Positions 25,052-37,219 of a stretch of DNA of 61,565 bases are shown piece by piece. Location of the stretch: contig NC_057720.1 of the NCBI RefSeq assembly GCF_004010195.1, forward strand, positions 36,000,571 through 36,062,135, given 5' to 3'. This DNA comes from Chiloscyllium plagiosum (lineage: Eukaryota). The notes beneath the pieces are model-generated. The model searched no databases. It was not told where the DNA came from and saw only the letters and a program-made list of their open reading frames with translations. The position numbers and the translations under genes were made by a program. Within the stretch, counting starts at the first letter, position 1. Each line of letters starts with the position of its first letter.

Positions 25052-25377
25052 AATCCATAAGCAATAACTCAGTTGTTTTTTCTGATCAAGGCATATTGGG
25101 ATCAAATGGTATCAAAACTTACCTCTGCACCAAAGAACCTTCCAAGGTCTCTGTTATGCTGTGCAATTCTACATAACCTCCACCTATGTGTCAAAAAAAA
25201 TTAAAGCTTTGCTGGATACTATGACATCATTCAACAGAAATTGATAAAGGCAGTTCAGCAACTGGAGGTTAATTGTAGGCTGCTGAAGATTTTGGAGAGA
25301 ATCTTTACTCATGTACTCCCTTCTAATATTAGTGTTCTCACAGACAACTCTGCAAACCAAATTTAATAGATTTGTGT

Positions 25378-25485
25378 GGCACTGGGCACTATGGTAATGT
25401 CCCTACCTCTGGGTCAGAAGGTTTGAGGTCAAGTCCCAAAAGCCATGGAGGTGTGTTATAGCATTGTCTGAACAGCTTGATCAAA
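25378..25485 (+). mobile_element. Short tRNA-derived SINE (third family; relatives on the minus strand at about 38375-38468 and 55490-55577)
   Basis: tggtaatgtccctacctctgg...tcaagtccc...ctgaacag shared by three copies. Confidence 0.5.
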
Positions 25486-25564
25486 ACTGTTAAACGCCAA
25501 ATGCAAAAGGATAATTTGTCTGCGCAATGACCGAGCATTGAAATATTCTATACTTTCTTATTCA

Positions 25565-25860
25565 AACTAGGGGTCATTGTTACAGAATAGGGAACGTTCA
25601 TTTAATACTTAGCTGCGAATGAATTTCAGAGAGGAGTGAATGTCTGGAATTCTGTACCCCAGAAAGTTGTGAAAGCTAGAAAGTATTGAAAAAGGATGTT
25701 GATAGATTTTTAAAAAAATATTTAGGAGTTGGGAGCTCTGAGGAACTGTCACAAAACAGGAGTTGAGGCCTATAGCAGATAAGCCATGACTTTGTAGAAT
25801 GGCAGAGTAGGCTTGAGGGGCTGAATGGCTGTCTCCTGTTTCTATTTCTTTTGTTCTTAT
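25565..25860 (+). mobile_element. Older CR1 3' fragment
   Basis: QRGVNVWNS-type end; tail gggctgaatggct...tttgttcttat. Confidence 0.7.
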
Positions 25861-26657
25861 TATCATACAAAGCTCTGCAAGAATTTAAGCAGGCATTTAA
25901 ACCACAACATTTGCAAACAGGAGACCAGACCATTGATTTTCTAAAATTTATAAAATAGAGGCTGGTAATCCATTTACCATGTTTGGCAGCAGGTTAATGA
26001 ATATGTTTGTACTCATCAGACCTAGATAATTTAGGAAATGCTGTTTGATGTTTTGGTTCTCTTTTTAAAGAGAAAGTGATCTGTTAAAGTTAGAGCTTTT
26101 ACTGAAAATATATGCTCCAAGTAGCATGTGCGCAGACCCTAAGTATTAAAGAAAGCTTATCTACGCAGCCATCAATTAACAAAATATTTACTGAAGACTG
26201 ATCATGCATGATCATATTACCACATAACTAAAGGTAAACAGCAACTTGTAGATCTAGCCAAGATCTTACCAAAAAAGCCTTTATTTAGTTGCTGAGAACT
26301 TGCCTGTTCTCAACACATGCAAAGGATGCAGGGTACCTGCACCACCTACCCAAAGTCACTATTAAAAGATGAAAATAATTTTCAGATTTGATTTAAATTC
26401 AGTAATTAAGCTGTGAATTTGCAACAAGTGAATTACCGCAGCAGAGTGAATTTGGAAGGCTGACTGGCTGGTCAGGCCTGCTGAGATCAAAGTTGTGGAG
26501 GAATCAAGAATGGGTTTGCTCTTTCTGTGCCTGTGGTAACTCCACAAAAATCTTTAGCGTTATCACCCGGATACTTAACCATCTCCTGAGAGAACTACGA
26601 GTGTCCATTAAAGCGAGGCCACCATATGCCTAGTACGATTGTGCTAACCAGTCAGTT

Positions 26658-26938
26658 GGGCTGTGAAGCTTGGAGCAGGACTCTGGCTTCTGCATGGTGT
26701 GGGCACCTGGTGCCAGTCTGGTGTGGGCTGGGAAGCCTGGAGTGGGTCACTCTCGGCGGCATGGTATGTGCTGGGAAGTCTGGAGCAGGCCACTCTTGGC
26801 TACATGGTATGGGATGGGAAGCCTTGAGCGGGCCACTCTCGGCAGCATAGTATGGTCTGGGAAGCCTGGAGTTGGCCACTCTTGCGGCATGGTATGGGCT
26901 GGGAAGCCTGGAGTAGGCCACTCTCGGCAGCATGCTGT
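26658..26938. repeat. 43-bp GC-rich minisatellite (about 5 good and 1-2 degenerate units)
   Basis: Unit gggctgggaagcctggagtgggccactctcggcggcatggtat. Confidence 0.9.
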
Positions 26939-27073
26939 GACAGCAGAAAAGGAAAAGTTGGACTCTCTCTTTTAAGTTTGTTTTAATTCTAAATTAATGT
27001 GAATGGCATCTATATGCGGCGATGGTACACACTTTTCACTATATTTTATATTGAATACACGAGATAATAAAGG

Positions 27074-27109
27074 ATATTCTATTCTATTCTATTCTATTCT
27101 ATTCTATTC
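27074..27109. repeat. (TATTC)n microsatellite after AATAAA; probable retroelement tail
   Basis: Directly visible. Confidence 0.9.
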
Positions 27110-27594
27110 ATGCACAGTACTTGCTAGCTCACATATGCATGAAAATAGCAATTCACTTTCTACTAGCAGAAACGGGGCACCCAGGTGTCCATATAAATTT
27201 TTTCTGCACTCTTTCTATTTTCTCCAACAAAATGGGCATCTGCCATTTAAACATCACCTTATATGATAATAATTGCAAGATACATATTCAGTTAAAATGT
27301 AAGAATATGAGGAATAAGAGCAAACTGGACTAAACTTACCTTTGAGCCTACTCTGTCATTCAATATGACATTGACTTATCTTTGACCTAAACTCCAGTTT
27401 CCCGTCTACTTGCTATATTGCTTGATTCCTGAGAGGTCACTGACATTTGTATTTCTAAACCATGAATAGATTCAGTAGAAGAGCATCTAAAGTTTCCGAG
27501 TGATTGGTGAAGCTATTTCTCCTCAACTCAGTTCAGGTGATCAACAGCTCTTTGCCTGAGTTTGTGCTCCAATGTTGTACATGATCCAGCCAGG

Positions 27595-28007
27595 AGAAAG
27601 TGAGGTCTGCAGACAACCCGACGGTCGGAGGAGGAGCGTCTTATCTTCCGACTGGGAACCCTCCAACCGCAGGGGATGAACTTGGACTTCACCAGTTTCT
27701 TCATCCCCCCTCCCCCCACCTTGTCTCAGCCGGATCCTTCCAGCCCGGCACCGCCTTCCTGACCTGCAGTCTTCTTCTTGACCTCTCCGCCTCCACCCTA
27801 CTCCGACCTATCACCCTCACCTTGACCTCTTTCCACCTATCACATTTCCAACTCCCCTCCTCCAAGTCCCTCCTCCCTACCTTTTATCTTCTCCTGCTGA
27901 ACACTCTCTGCTCATTCCTGAAGAAGGGCCTGTGCCCGAAACGTCGAATCTCCTGTTCCCTGGATGCTGCCTGACCTGCTGTGCTGTTCCAGCAATAAAG
28001 TTTCAAC
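27595..28007 (+). mobile_element. Young Penelope-like (family A) 5'-truncated insertion with GIY-YIG endonuclease C-terminus
   Basis: From 27616: TRRSEEERLIFRLGTLQPQGMNLDF; perfect TSD catgatccagccagg at 27580-27594 and 28008-28022; short inverted tail at the 5' end; sits in an old minus-strand CR1. Confidence 0.9.
27914..27949 (+). ncRNA. Minimal type I hammerhead ribozyme motif (intact)
   Basis: Identical to 9089-9124; predicted cleavage after 27945. Confidence 0.8.
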
Positions 28008-28339
28008 CATGATCCAGCCAGGTTAAACAGCCTCTCAAAGTCTACCCTTTCAAGCCTCATCAGAATCTTGTATATATGAAGGTGATTATCTCCCATTCTT
28101 CAGAACTCCAGAGAGCATCAGACTGAATGGAAGTAGAGGATGGGCAGCTATATGCCATTGCATCTAATAATTAAGTTAGTGACATTTGACATACTAAATA
28201 AGAAAAGGGGAATGAAAGAAAGACTTGCGTTAATTTAGCATATTTAACACATCCAGAATGTCAGAGGACCATAGAAGATTTGTAATGTAGGAAATGTGGC
28301 ATCTAATTTGGCAACAACAATGCCACATCTTGTTGGCAT

Positions 28340-28692
28340 AAAATGTGAAGTCTCATTCTATAAATTTGAGTATGTAATCTAGGTTGACACTTCAAAGTAG
28401 CACTTAAGGATGTACTGCATTTTAGGAGGTGCCATTTTTGATTGTCATGTTAAAGTGGTGCCCTGTTGATCTTGAGCAGATGTAAAAATTCCATGGCATT
28501 ATACAAAAAAGAGCAGAAGACTTTTATCAGTATTCTGGTCCGTCTTTCACCCTCAATCAACATCATTGAATATTTTACGTAGCCATTACTTGATTGATGT
28601 TTGAGGGACTTTGCTATGTTTTCCAAATTATAGCATAATATTGTCTATATTTCACAAGTGCCTGAATGGCTATAAACATGAGGTCATGAACA
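28340..28692 (+). mobile_element. Old Deu-domain SINE
   Basis: gatgtaaaaattccatggcattat...aagagcag...ccctcaatcaacatca resembles the recalled Deu domain; tail gaggtcatgaa. Confidence 0.55.
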
Positions 28693-31600
28693 GCTAATTC
28701 AACTAACACCACGGACACAAATTAAGTGACATGAAAATAACTGAAAGTAAAACAGGCATTATATCAATCTTGTATAACTCATTTTTGCCATTAAGTATTT
28801 GACATTATTCACTTTATTTTCATGAAGCTGTAGACCAGTCATTCATCTTCTACATACTATCCATTTGTTGTCAGTTTCTCCTTCTCAAATATGACTGTGT
28901 TTAAATACATTTTGAACAAATATGTACACTCTGTTCTCTTTCATTGCCACTTCAGGCAAAGTAACACATCAAGTGCTATGAGCAAACATATTTGTGAGGA
29001 AGCTTTCCACGCCTTTAATTATAGTCATTATTTAAGAATTATCACAAATTGTTGAGCAGTTTGAGACTGCTGGGCTCTTAATGGCATATGCAAATTACAT
29101 TATAGCTCATCTTGAGTTTTTTTTGTAGTCTAATTTAGTTCTGAGATTTTGAGTAGTATATTCATATAATGTATATCTATTTGTCTTTTGAAATGGTTCA
29201 GCTCCCTGGATCATAAGTCAGGTGAATAAAAATAATCAGTAGCTCTATTTGTAGTGGAAGTACTTACTTTTAAATGAGCAGTGTAGTCAGAATGTATTTT
29301 TGTCTGTGCAAAGCACAGCAAAGTGTTCTCGCAGCATCATTTTGGTTTTCATCTTTAGTAAGTTTTGGTGGAATGTAGTGAAAAATCTGTTTCCATTCCA
29401 AGTCTGAATTCCACAAAGCAGTCATCAAAAAAACTTATGTTTTTTTTAAACAAAGCCTCATAGATGCTTACAAATTGTCATATCCAATGCCAGTCTCATG
29501 TGTTGCAATCGGGGAATGGAACATGCCACTTCCACAATATTTTGTGTGTCTGACACGGAAAGCTACAAGACTATTCTATTTGCACAAGCATGCTGCTCCC
29601 TTTCACCTGGGATAAGATTTGAAAACCATGACAAATTTTAAATGCTATTTTTCTTAAAAAAAAAGCCCAAGGAAAATTTATTTGAACTTCTGCTAAGAAT
29701 TCATGTACTCAACAGGATAATGTCCATGAAATACCACAGTAAAGGAAAACAGCATTTATACTGTAGGAGGAGAAACTGCTGATTAGTTGGTAGAGATATT
29801 GCCTTGGAGATTGCATCAGTTAGGCAATAACTAAAAGTTAACTGCCAAGCTTTTATAAATTTTAAAACGGCAAGGTTGACTCTGACTGGTCAAGGTATTG
29901 AGAAATGAACTGGAGAATGACCATTACCTGTTTTGTTGGGTTGAAGCTGACAGGGTGTGTGTTTATGCTATTTTTATCTACAAATAAACAGGACCCTGTG
30001 CATTAATGTATGTAACTTCCAGAACATGGAAGTGTGCCACACTGTGAGCCCAACTGACAATCCTAAATTGATTGCACACTCAGGATTATTTTGCAAATAT
30101 TACTCATTTGGAGAATCACATTTAATGTTAGTTACTGTGTTTTGAGTTTTGCAAGCATGGTCTGGTTAGACATAGTCAGTACCTTGCCTGCTCTGAACAG
30201 CCAAAGAGATATACTGTGATATGATCTGCCAGTCTTTAGGATGTACAGCCTAAATACCTGGTATTGCACCAGCATTGAAATTCATATACCAATTATTTAA
30301 ATTTGTGTCATTTTGGCGTGGTGGCAGCATTCTGTTAGTGGCAAGCAGAGTTTATATAGTGGTTATGTAGTAGCAATGTAAAACACATTTGTCACAAAAC
30401 TACTCTGGCCTCCTGCTGGTCACTCTCACAATGCTCTCTCATATCTACCCCATGTATCTTAACTCACACTAAAACTGGACTGTCTGTCAACTGTACAGTA
30501 ACTGAGCAACTTTCTGCCTTCCCTTATGCACCATCTTGGTCTGCTTGTTCTGCAATTGTAACTCCCTGGTCTTATGCTAATGATGACCCAACCACCAAGG
30601 TGTATTAGCACTTTGCTCGTCTACTTGGGTGGTTTAAACAATAGTAATGCCTGATGCGTACCTAATTAGTTAATTAGACCAACACTGTTGCTGTGGAGTT
30701 TTCTTGAATTTTAAAAATTCCATTAAATTTTCCTAGCATTGCAGGCTCTTTCATTGGAGTTTTGAAATTCATTTATCTTTATCTGAAACATCTTCTTTTT
30801 CTTCACAGTATAGATGGAATCTATCCCCAAAAAATTATGTTTACTAATAACACATACGCAAAAACAAGACAATCTATTTCTCCAACAATAATGTAATGGT
30901 TGAAGGAGCAACTGATTTAAAAAACTCACAGTCCAAATAATTTTAATTTTTCCAGGTTTTCTTGGTGTATTTACAAAGATTATTTCTTCCACCACCACTC
31001 TAAAACACACATGGTAATGCTCAAAAATGTGCCAAAGAAAGCATTGAATTGGTTGATGCTGTGGAAGCTGCTTAAACTGGTGGAAATATAATCGTCTAAT
31101 TTATCAAGCAATTTCCATTATAAAAGCCAATTTACACTGATTTAAATACTTTAGGAATCAATTGGTGTCAAAGAGGGTCTTTCTTCCAAAGAAATATTTG
31201 CCAACAGTGCAGACCCCCTTTCATTAACATAAGTTGTAGAATGTTACGCATACAAGGATCAAATAAATATTAAAGTTTTAAACTGAGAATTCAGCATGTT
31301 TGAAAAGCACAATTTATCTACCAAACCTAACATAACAATACTGCACAGAGACGACTACTACAGCATTTCCTGTGTCTTGTGTTGCATTCTAGTTCCCTTG
31401 TGGCTACCTGCTACTCAAAATGCAGTAGGACATGTTGCTGACATTTATACTGGAGTACTAGTAGTCTTATTCAGGGAATTGCCTGGAGCTAGCATCTTCG
31501 TTGACCATTGAGCAAAATGACAAGATGCATATCTGACTGCTTATGACCATGATTCTTTGCTAGAATTTCAACCCTGGAGTTATCAGATGACTGCTAACAG

Positions 31601-32189
31601 GTTTAAAAAAAAATCAGCGCACAACAGAGTCAAGAACATAAAAATTACACCCTTGCTATTCCTGTAAACCTGCTGTCAGACTGAAACCTTTATCAAATTG
31701 AAGATTGCTATGAAGTTTATACTGTGTATTATATTTTGGGGGGTTGGGAAGATAAAGGTTTATAAAAGTCACAAGGTATCCAATTCCCTTGTACTGCTCA
31801 TTAAAATAAAACTTGATGTCACTGCAATACATATCATGTATTAGAACAGCACTTCAGTTCATGATGCCTGAAAATGGCAAGTTAAGTCTCACTGAAAATG
31901 GAATAAAGGTTGGAGTGTGTTATAAAGATACAACACATTTCAGGGTTTGGAAGATGTTCATAAAAACTGCAATTTATGATATCATCTGAACCCATTGCTG
32001 TATTACTTCCTTATAACATATTCAATCTTTTTTGATATCCTTAATATATGTTCTGACTTTTATTTTCTAATCATAGTTTTGAGTTATCATTTGATGAGCA
32101 TACCCTGCTTAAGGTTGAAAAAGGGTGTAGGGAATAGTACTCTTACCAGATATTTCATCATGGTTTACAAACATCTCAGTATTCAGGTA

Positions 32190-32960
32190 CACGTAATTCA
32201 CCTATAATGCTGCTGTTGCATCCCAGCAAAACCCGCTTAATAGAAAATCACTTAATAGAAATAATGGGGCCTATGGGAAAAGTGGGGTTAGAGACAGACC
32301 AGCAAAAAATATCACTCACAATCACTCAAACATCACCCAATAGCCTAACACAAAGTATAGCATGGAATGAAGGTTTAATCGTATTTATTAATAAAACAAA
32401 AGTAAATTTAACACATTACATTAAAAAATATTGTTAATGATGGGATAGAGGGTCATCATCACCACCTTCAGGTGCAGTTGTGGTTGCAGAAGTGGATGGC
32501 TGTGGTTGATTGTCTTCTGACTGTTTCTTGGGGGTTGGTTTACAGTGTGTGATATGCAGATACAAGAACAAATTAGAAAGGCAAATTGTATGCATACGAA
32601 TAATGCAGTTCTGCAGGAGTTTTACAGGATTTATACAGGAATTATACAAGAATATTCTTGTGTCAGAGGGAGAGCAATGAACATTCATGAGTTTAATTTT
32701 TGAGATCAACCTGCTCAATGTATAGTATTGTACCTCTCAAAAGCTCTGATGGCAGCTGACATTGGTGCATGCGCAGAACGGCACAGAGACTTCAATGCTA
32801 ACATCGGCACGTGTGCAGAATGAAGTGTGCAAAATGATCGCCGCTGGATTGCACTATTGCGAACAGAGGGAAGTGTCCTTGAAAATAACATTCCCTCGTT
32901 CTTCAGTGAAGTTATAGTGAAATCACGCTACTGAAACACGCTTTATACAAGAACCACCTG
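32190..32960 (-). mobile_element. Tigger/pogo-like non-autonomous DNA transposon
   Basis: TA-flanked imperfect TIRs (cacgtaattcacctataatgc vs caggtggttcttgtataaagc, 14/21); minus-strand PQPSTS acidic C-terminus followed by AATAAA. Confidence 0.6.
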
Positions 32961-34094
32961 TATCATCATTTCCACTGCATTAATGTTTGAAAAGAAGCTG
33001 CACTGTCTCAATTGCTGAACCTAAATGCAAATTGAGATCTTGACTTCTTTCAGTGGAGACATCCTTACATCAACAACTCTGACTTCAGTGTCTGTCATAA
33101 TGCTTTCTTTTGATGAACAAAACAGAATAAGACCAGTCATACATGATACGTTGGAGTCATCTGGAGATTATTTCCTTGGGATGCAATAGTCAATCATGAA
33201 CCATTTGATGAGATGAGATTTCAGTTTAGCTCAGTAGTATCATTCTTCAACATTGCTTTGCCCAAATTTTCTCTTGTGTTTTCCTATTAGAAAGGATTTA
33301 AATAATGGAGTAATATAACCATTGATTAAGAGTAGACTGCAAAACTGAAGTCATTGGCGATCAAAGGCAAAATATTCTAGTAGTCGAACAATTGATAATA
33401 TCACGGAAGATGGTAGGAATTTTTGAATGCCTAGGCCATCGCTGAAAGAGTTGTCCAACCACCTTCAACTGCTTTATCAACAAACTTTCCTCCATCATAA
33501 GGTCAGGACTGAGGTTAATAAAAATGCTATTAGCATCGATGAAATGAAAAATAACTGCTGCATTCATCAGAAGAATGATCAACACTTGGATGTACACTTG
33601 TTGCAAGAAGAAAGCTGACTGAGGTAAAGATAGAAATCATGACCACGCTTGAGCAAGAAATGCCAAAGGATATTTGATTGGAGACACTAAGGAATGAAAT
33701 GAATAAAAGCGGGGAGAGTTGCATGTTGAGAGGAGAGTGAGTAGATAATTGGAAATGTAATTTATTTGGATGTTAATACCTTAAATGTACTACATAATTT
33801 GTTTCTTTTTGCATCGGTCAACTGCAGATTATGCAGAAGTATTGTAAAATATGATTGGTCACAAAGGAGAACTTGTGTTTTTTTCCTTTTCTTCATTGGA
33901 AAGGACTTCAACTTTGGAGCCTTACAACCAATTATGCTTAAAATGAACCAGCTTGTTTGATTGAAAATGTCAGAGCAAAGATTATTCTGCTCACATTAAT
34001 GTTATTTCAAGACCCAAATTACATCCAATTTATGCTCTCACGAAGTGCTGGGAATGCCAATTTCTAACCCATCTCTGGAACAACACTCTCATAG

Positions 34095-34434
34095 TTTTTA
34101 TTTATTCATTCACAAGATAAGAGCATTGCTGGCTAGGCCAGCATTTATTGCCAAGACACAAATAAGAGTCAACCATATTGCTGTGGGTCTAGTGTCACAT
34201 GTAGGCCAGACTAGGTAAGGATGTCAGTTTCCTTCCCTAAAGGACATTAATGAACCAGATGGGCTTTTCCTGACAACAATGGATTCATGGTCACCATTAG
34301 ATGCTTATTTCCAGTTTTTATGGAATTCAAATTCCATCATGTGCCATGGTGGGATTTGAACCCAGGTCCCCAGAACATTGCAGGGTTTTTGGATTAATAG
34401 TCCAGTGATAATATCACTGGGCCATTGTCTCCCC
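34095..34434 (-). mobile_element. Second tRNA-SINE family copy
   Basis: Reverse complement of the 9751-10070 type. Confidence 0.75.
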
Positions 34435-35334
34435 ATCATTGCATCCTCTTCTGTAAACATCTTGAAAAACAAAATTGACTGGAATGAACTTCATCAACCA
34501 ATATTATAACACCATGACTACTACAGCAATACAGAGGCAGAGTATTTTGTAATGAATGGCTCATTTTGTTTTTAGCTCTCTATCAACTTAATGGATCAAG
34601 TTATGAGTATCGTGGAAACCTCATACAAAGTCTGTTTGGGTGCAAAATACCAGTGTAACAGCACTAAAAATGTTTGAAATCATGCAGGAGACAGCAATTC
34701 ACTTGATTGGTGCTGCGACACTGGACTCGACACTAAATTGTTATGCCAGTATGGCAGCTGCATGTATAATCAACAGAATGTACTGAATAGAGATCATGGA
34801 GGTTTTTCCCCATGTAGCCCGGTCACTGCAACCTGTACCTCTAAACAGAACAAGAACAGTTATGTTGTCAAAACACCATAACATCAAGCTCTCCATGCAT
34901 CAATGTGACCTAAGAATATGTTGCTGGTCCTTCATTGTCACAAAATATGTATCTTAGAATTCATAATATAATACAATTATGAAGTTTAGAAGCTTATTAT
35001 ATATTGAGACCATAGCAATAGAAAGGCATTGAACGTAGCGTTTTGGTTAGATTCCCTCTTTTTGGAGATGGTTGTCACTGGGATGGCACAAGTTTATTTT
35101 GACTATATTATAATAAAAGTTTTCACTTGTGAAATCTTGTGATGTCATTCTTTCAGCTAATGACTGGAAATTTGAATCTCTCTAAAAGTTTTCTGTCTCT
35201 ACAGAGATTTTAACAAAGCAAAGTGTGGCTAACTGAGCCCTCGTGCTGCTTGCAGTAACAGCAGTGCTTTTTGTGTGTTTTTTCCCCATTCGTTATGATA
35301 ATTATGACTGCAACTGTTTGGTATATGACTTAAC

Positions 35335-35845
35335 TGGGAAATATAGGACCTTGACAAGCATCAAGGATGAGCGGGACCTTGGTATGCATGTCCACTGGTC
35401 CCCCAAGGAACCAAGACGGGTAGATAAACTGATTAAGAAGGCATATGAGATGCTTGCTTTCATTAACCAAAAGACAGAGTTTGAGAGCAGAGAAGTAATG
35501 CTGAAACTGTATAAAATTTTGGTTAGGACGCAGCGAGTGGATTGTGTATAGTTCTGGAATCCACATTATAGGAGGGATGTGATTGCAGTGGAGAGAGTAC
35601 AGAGGTGATTTACCAGGATGTTACCTGAGCTGAAGAATTTGTGTTATGAAGAAAGATAGACTGGAGTTATTTTATTTGGAGTAGAGGAGACTTAGGGGGC
35701 CCATGATTGAGATGTATAAAATTATGAGGGACAGAGATAAGGTAAACAGGAAGGGACTACTCCTGTTGGTAGATGGATCAGGGACTAGAGGGCATAGACT
35801 TAAAGTAATGGGCAAGAGGTGCAGAGGGTATTATGAAGAAAATCA
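35335..35845 (+). mobile_element. Older CR1 ORF2 fragment
   Basis: ERDLGMHVH...VMLKLYKILVR...MIEMYKIMR. Confidence 0.85.
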
Positions 35846-36382
35846 AATCAAAATGTTTATTTTTTTTGTGTGTGCATCATGGAATCTTCACCTGAAGTTT
35901 GTCATCTGCAACAGCATGAATACAATCTCAAAGCAAAGCAGACAGCATTACAGGTAGCTGTGGAGGTGACCATGAACTTTTATGCTTGGGCTCCATCTTT
36001 CAGTTCATCAGCCACTGTTCCATAAGGGAGATCACTGACACTTTCTACACCAAGGGCACTGAATGCATTTTAATCTCTCTTTCCAGAAAGAAGAGGACAA
36101 AGTAAGCACATAATTTTGAGTATTGTAGAAAATACCTGCTGCAGAGTGTTATCGACTGTAGATTGCTCTTTCCCAAGCACAGTATTGTAACCCTGAAATG
36201 TGCCATGACCGAAGGAATTCTATGCTATCTCTGTTCAAATGATATACAATTATTTATAATATGTTTGCAAATGCTTGCAGGATTCAGTTACATATGCAGT
36301 TCCACGGCTGGTGAAACATGATTGCATGCAGCAAAACCACTGTAACATTCAGACTTAAGCTGAAAACTGGAAAAAAAGTTGT

Positions 36383-37025
36383 CTTATTCATTCACAGGAT
36401 GGTAGACCAGCATTTATTGCCCTTTCTTAATTGCCTAGAGGGCAGTTAAGAATCAGCTGCATTGCTGTGGGTCTGTAGGCCAGACCAGGTAAGGATGGCA
36501 GTTTCCTTTCCTAAGGGTGGCACGGTGGCTCAGTGGTTAGCACTGCTGCCTCACAGCACCAGGGTCTGAGGTTCAATTCCAGCCTTGGGTGACTGTGTGA
36601 AGTTTGCACATTCTCCCCGTGAGTGTGTGGGTTTCCTCCGGGTGCTCCAGTTTCCTCCCACTGTCCAAAGATGAGCACGTCAGGTGAATTGGCCATGCTA
36701 AATTGCCCATAGTGTGAGGTACATTAGTCAAAGGGAAATTGGTCTGGGTGGGTTACTCCTTGGAGGGTCGGTGTGGACTTGTTGGGCCGAAGGGTCTGTG
36801 TCCACACTGTAGCAAATCTAATCTAAAGGACATTTGCAAACCAGATTGGTTTTTCCAACAATTGACAATGGATTCTTGATCATTGTTAGACTCCTAATTT
36901 CAAATTTTCAGAAAATTGAATTCAAATTCCACCATCTGCCATGGCAGGATTTGAACCAGGCTCCTCAGAACATTATCTGAGTCTCTGGATTAACAGTCCA
37001 ATGATAATACCACTGGGCCATCACC
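36383..37025 (-). mobile_element. Second tRNA-SINE family copy split by HE1
   Basis: Continuous across the 36515-36826 insertion. Confidence 0.72.
36515..36826 (+). mobile_element. HE1 SINE, full length
   Basis: Complete head to (AATCT)n tail. Confidence 0.94.
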
Positions 37026-37219
37026 TTTCCAGAAAATCAATATTTATGCCATAGAATTGCCAGGCAGTGATGATTCCTAACAAGAAGAATATCAACCATC
37101 TCCTTTTGCCATTCACTGGCAATACCATTGCTGAATCTGCCGCTATCAACATCCTGTGGTTATACTGACCAGAAAATTGGCTGCACCAGTCATGTAAATG
37201 CTGTGCCTACAACAGCAGG

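Noticed and set aside
26658..26938. Regularly spaced repeats resembling a CRISPR array; overlapping ORFs
   Set aside because: The units are contiguous with no unique spacers, there are no cas genes and the context is eukaryotic. It is a minisatellite.
29770..30075. Stretch that looks like an old interspersed repeat (weak relative near 11590-11720)
   Set aside because: I could not define its boundaries or class.
36515..36590. tRNA genes at SINE heads
   Set aside because: They continue into SINE body and tail sequence; tRNA-derived promoters, not tRNA genes.
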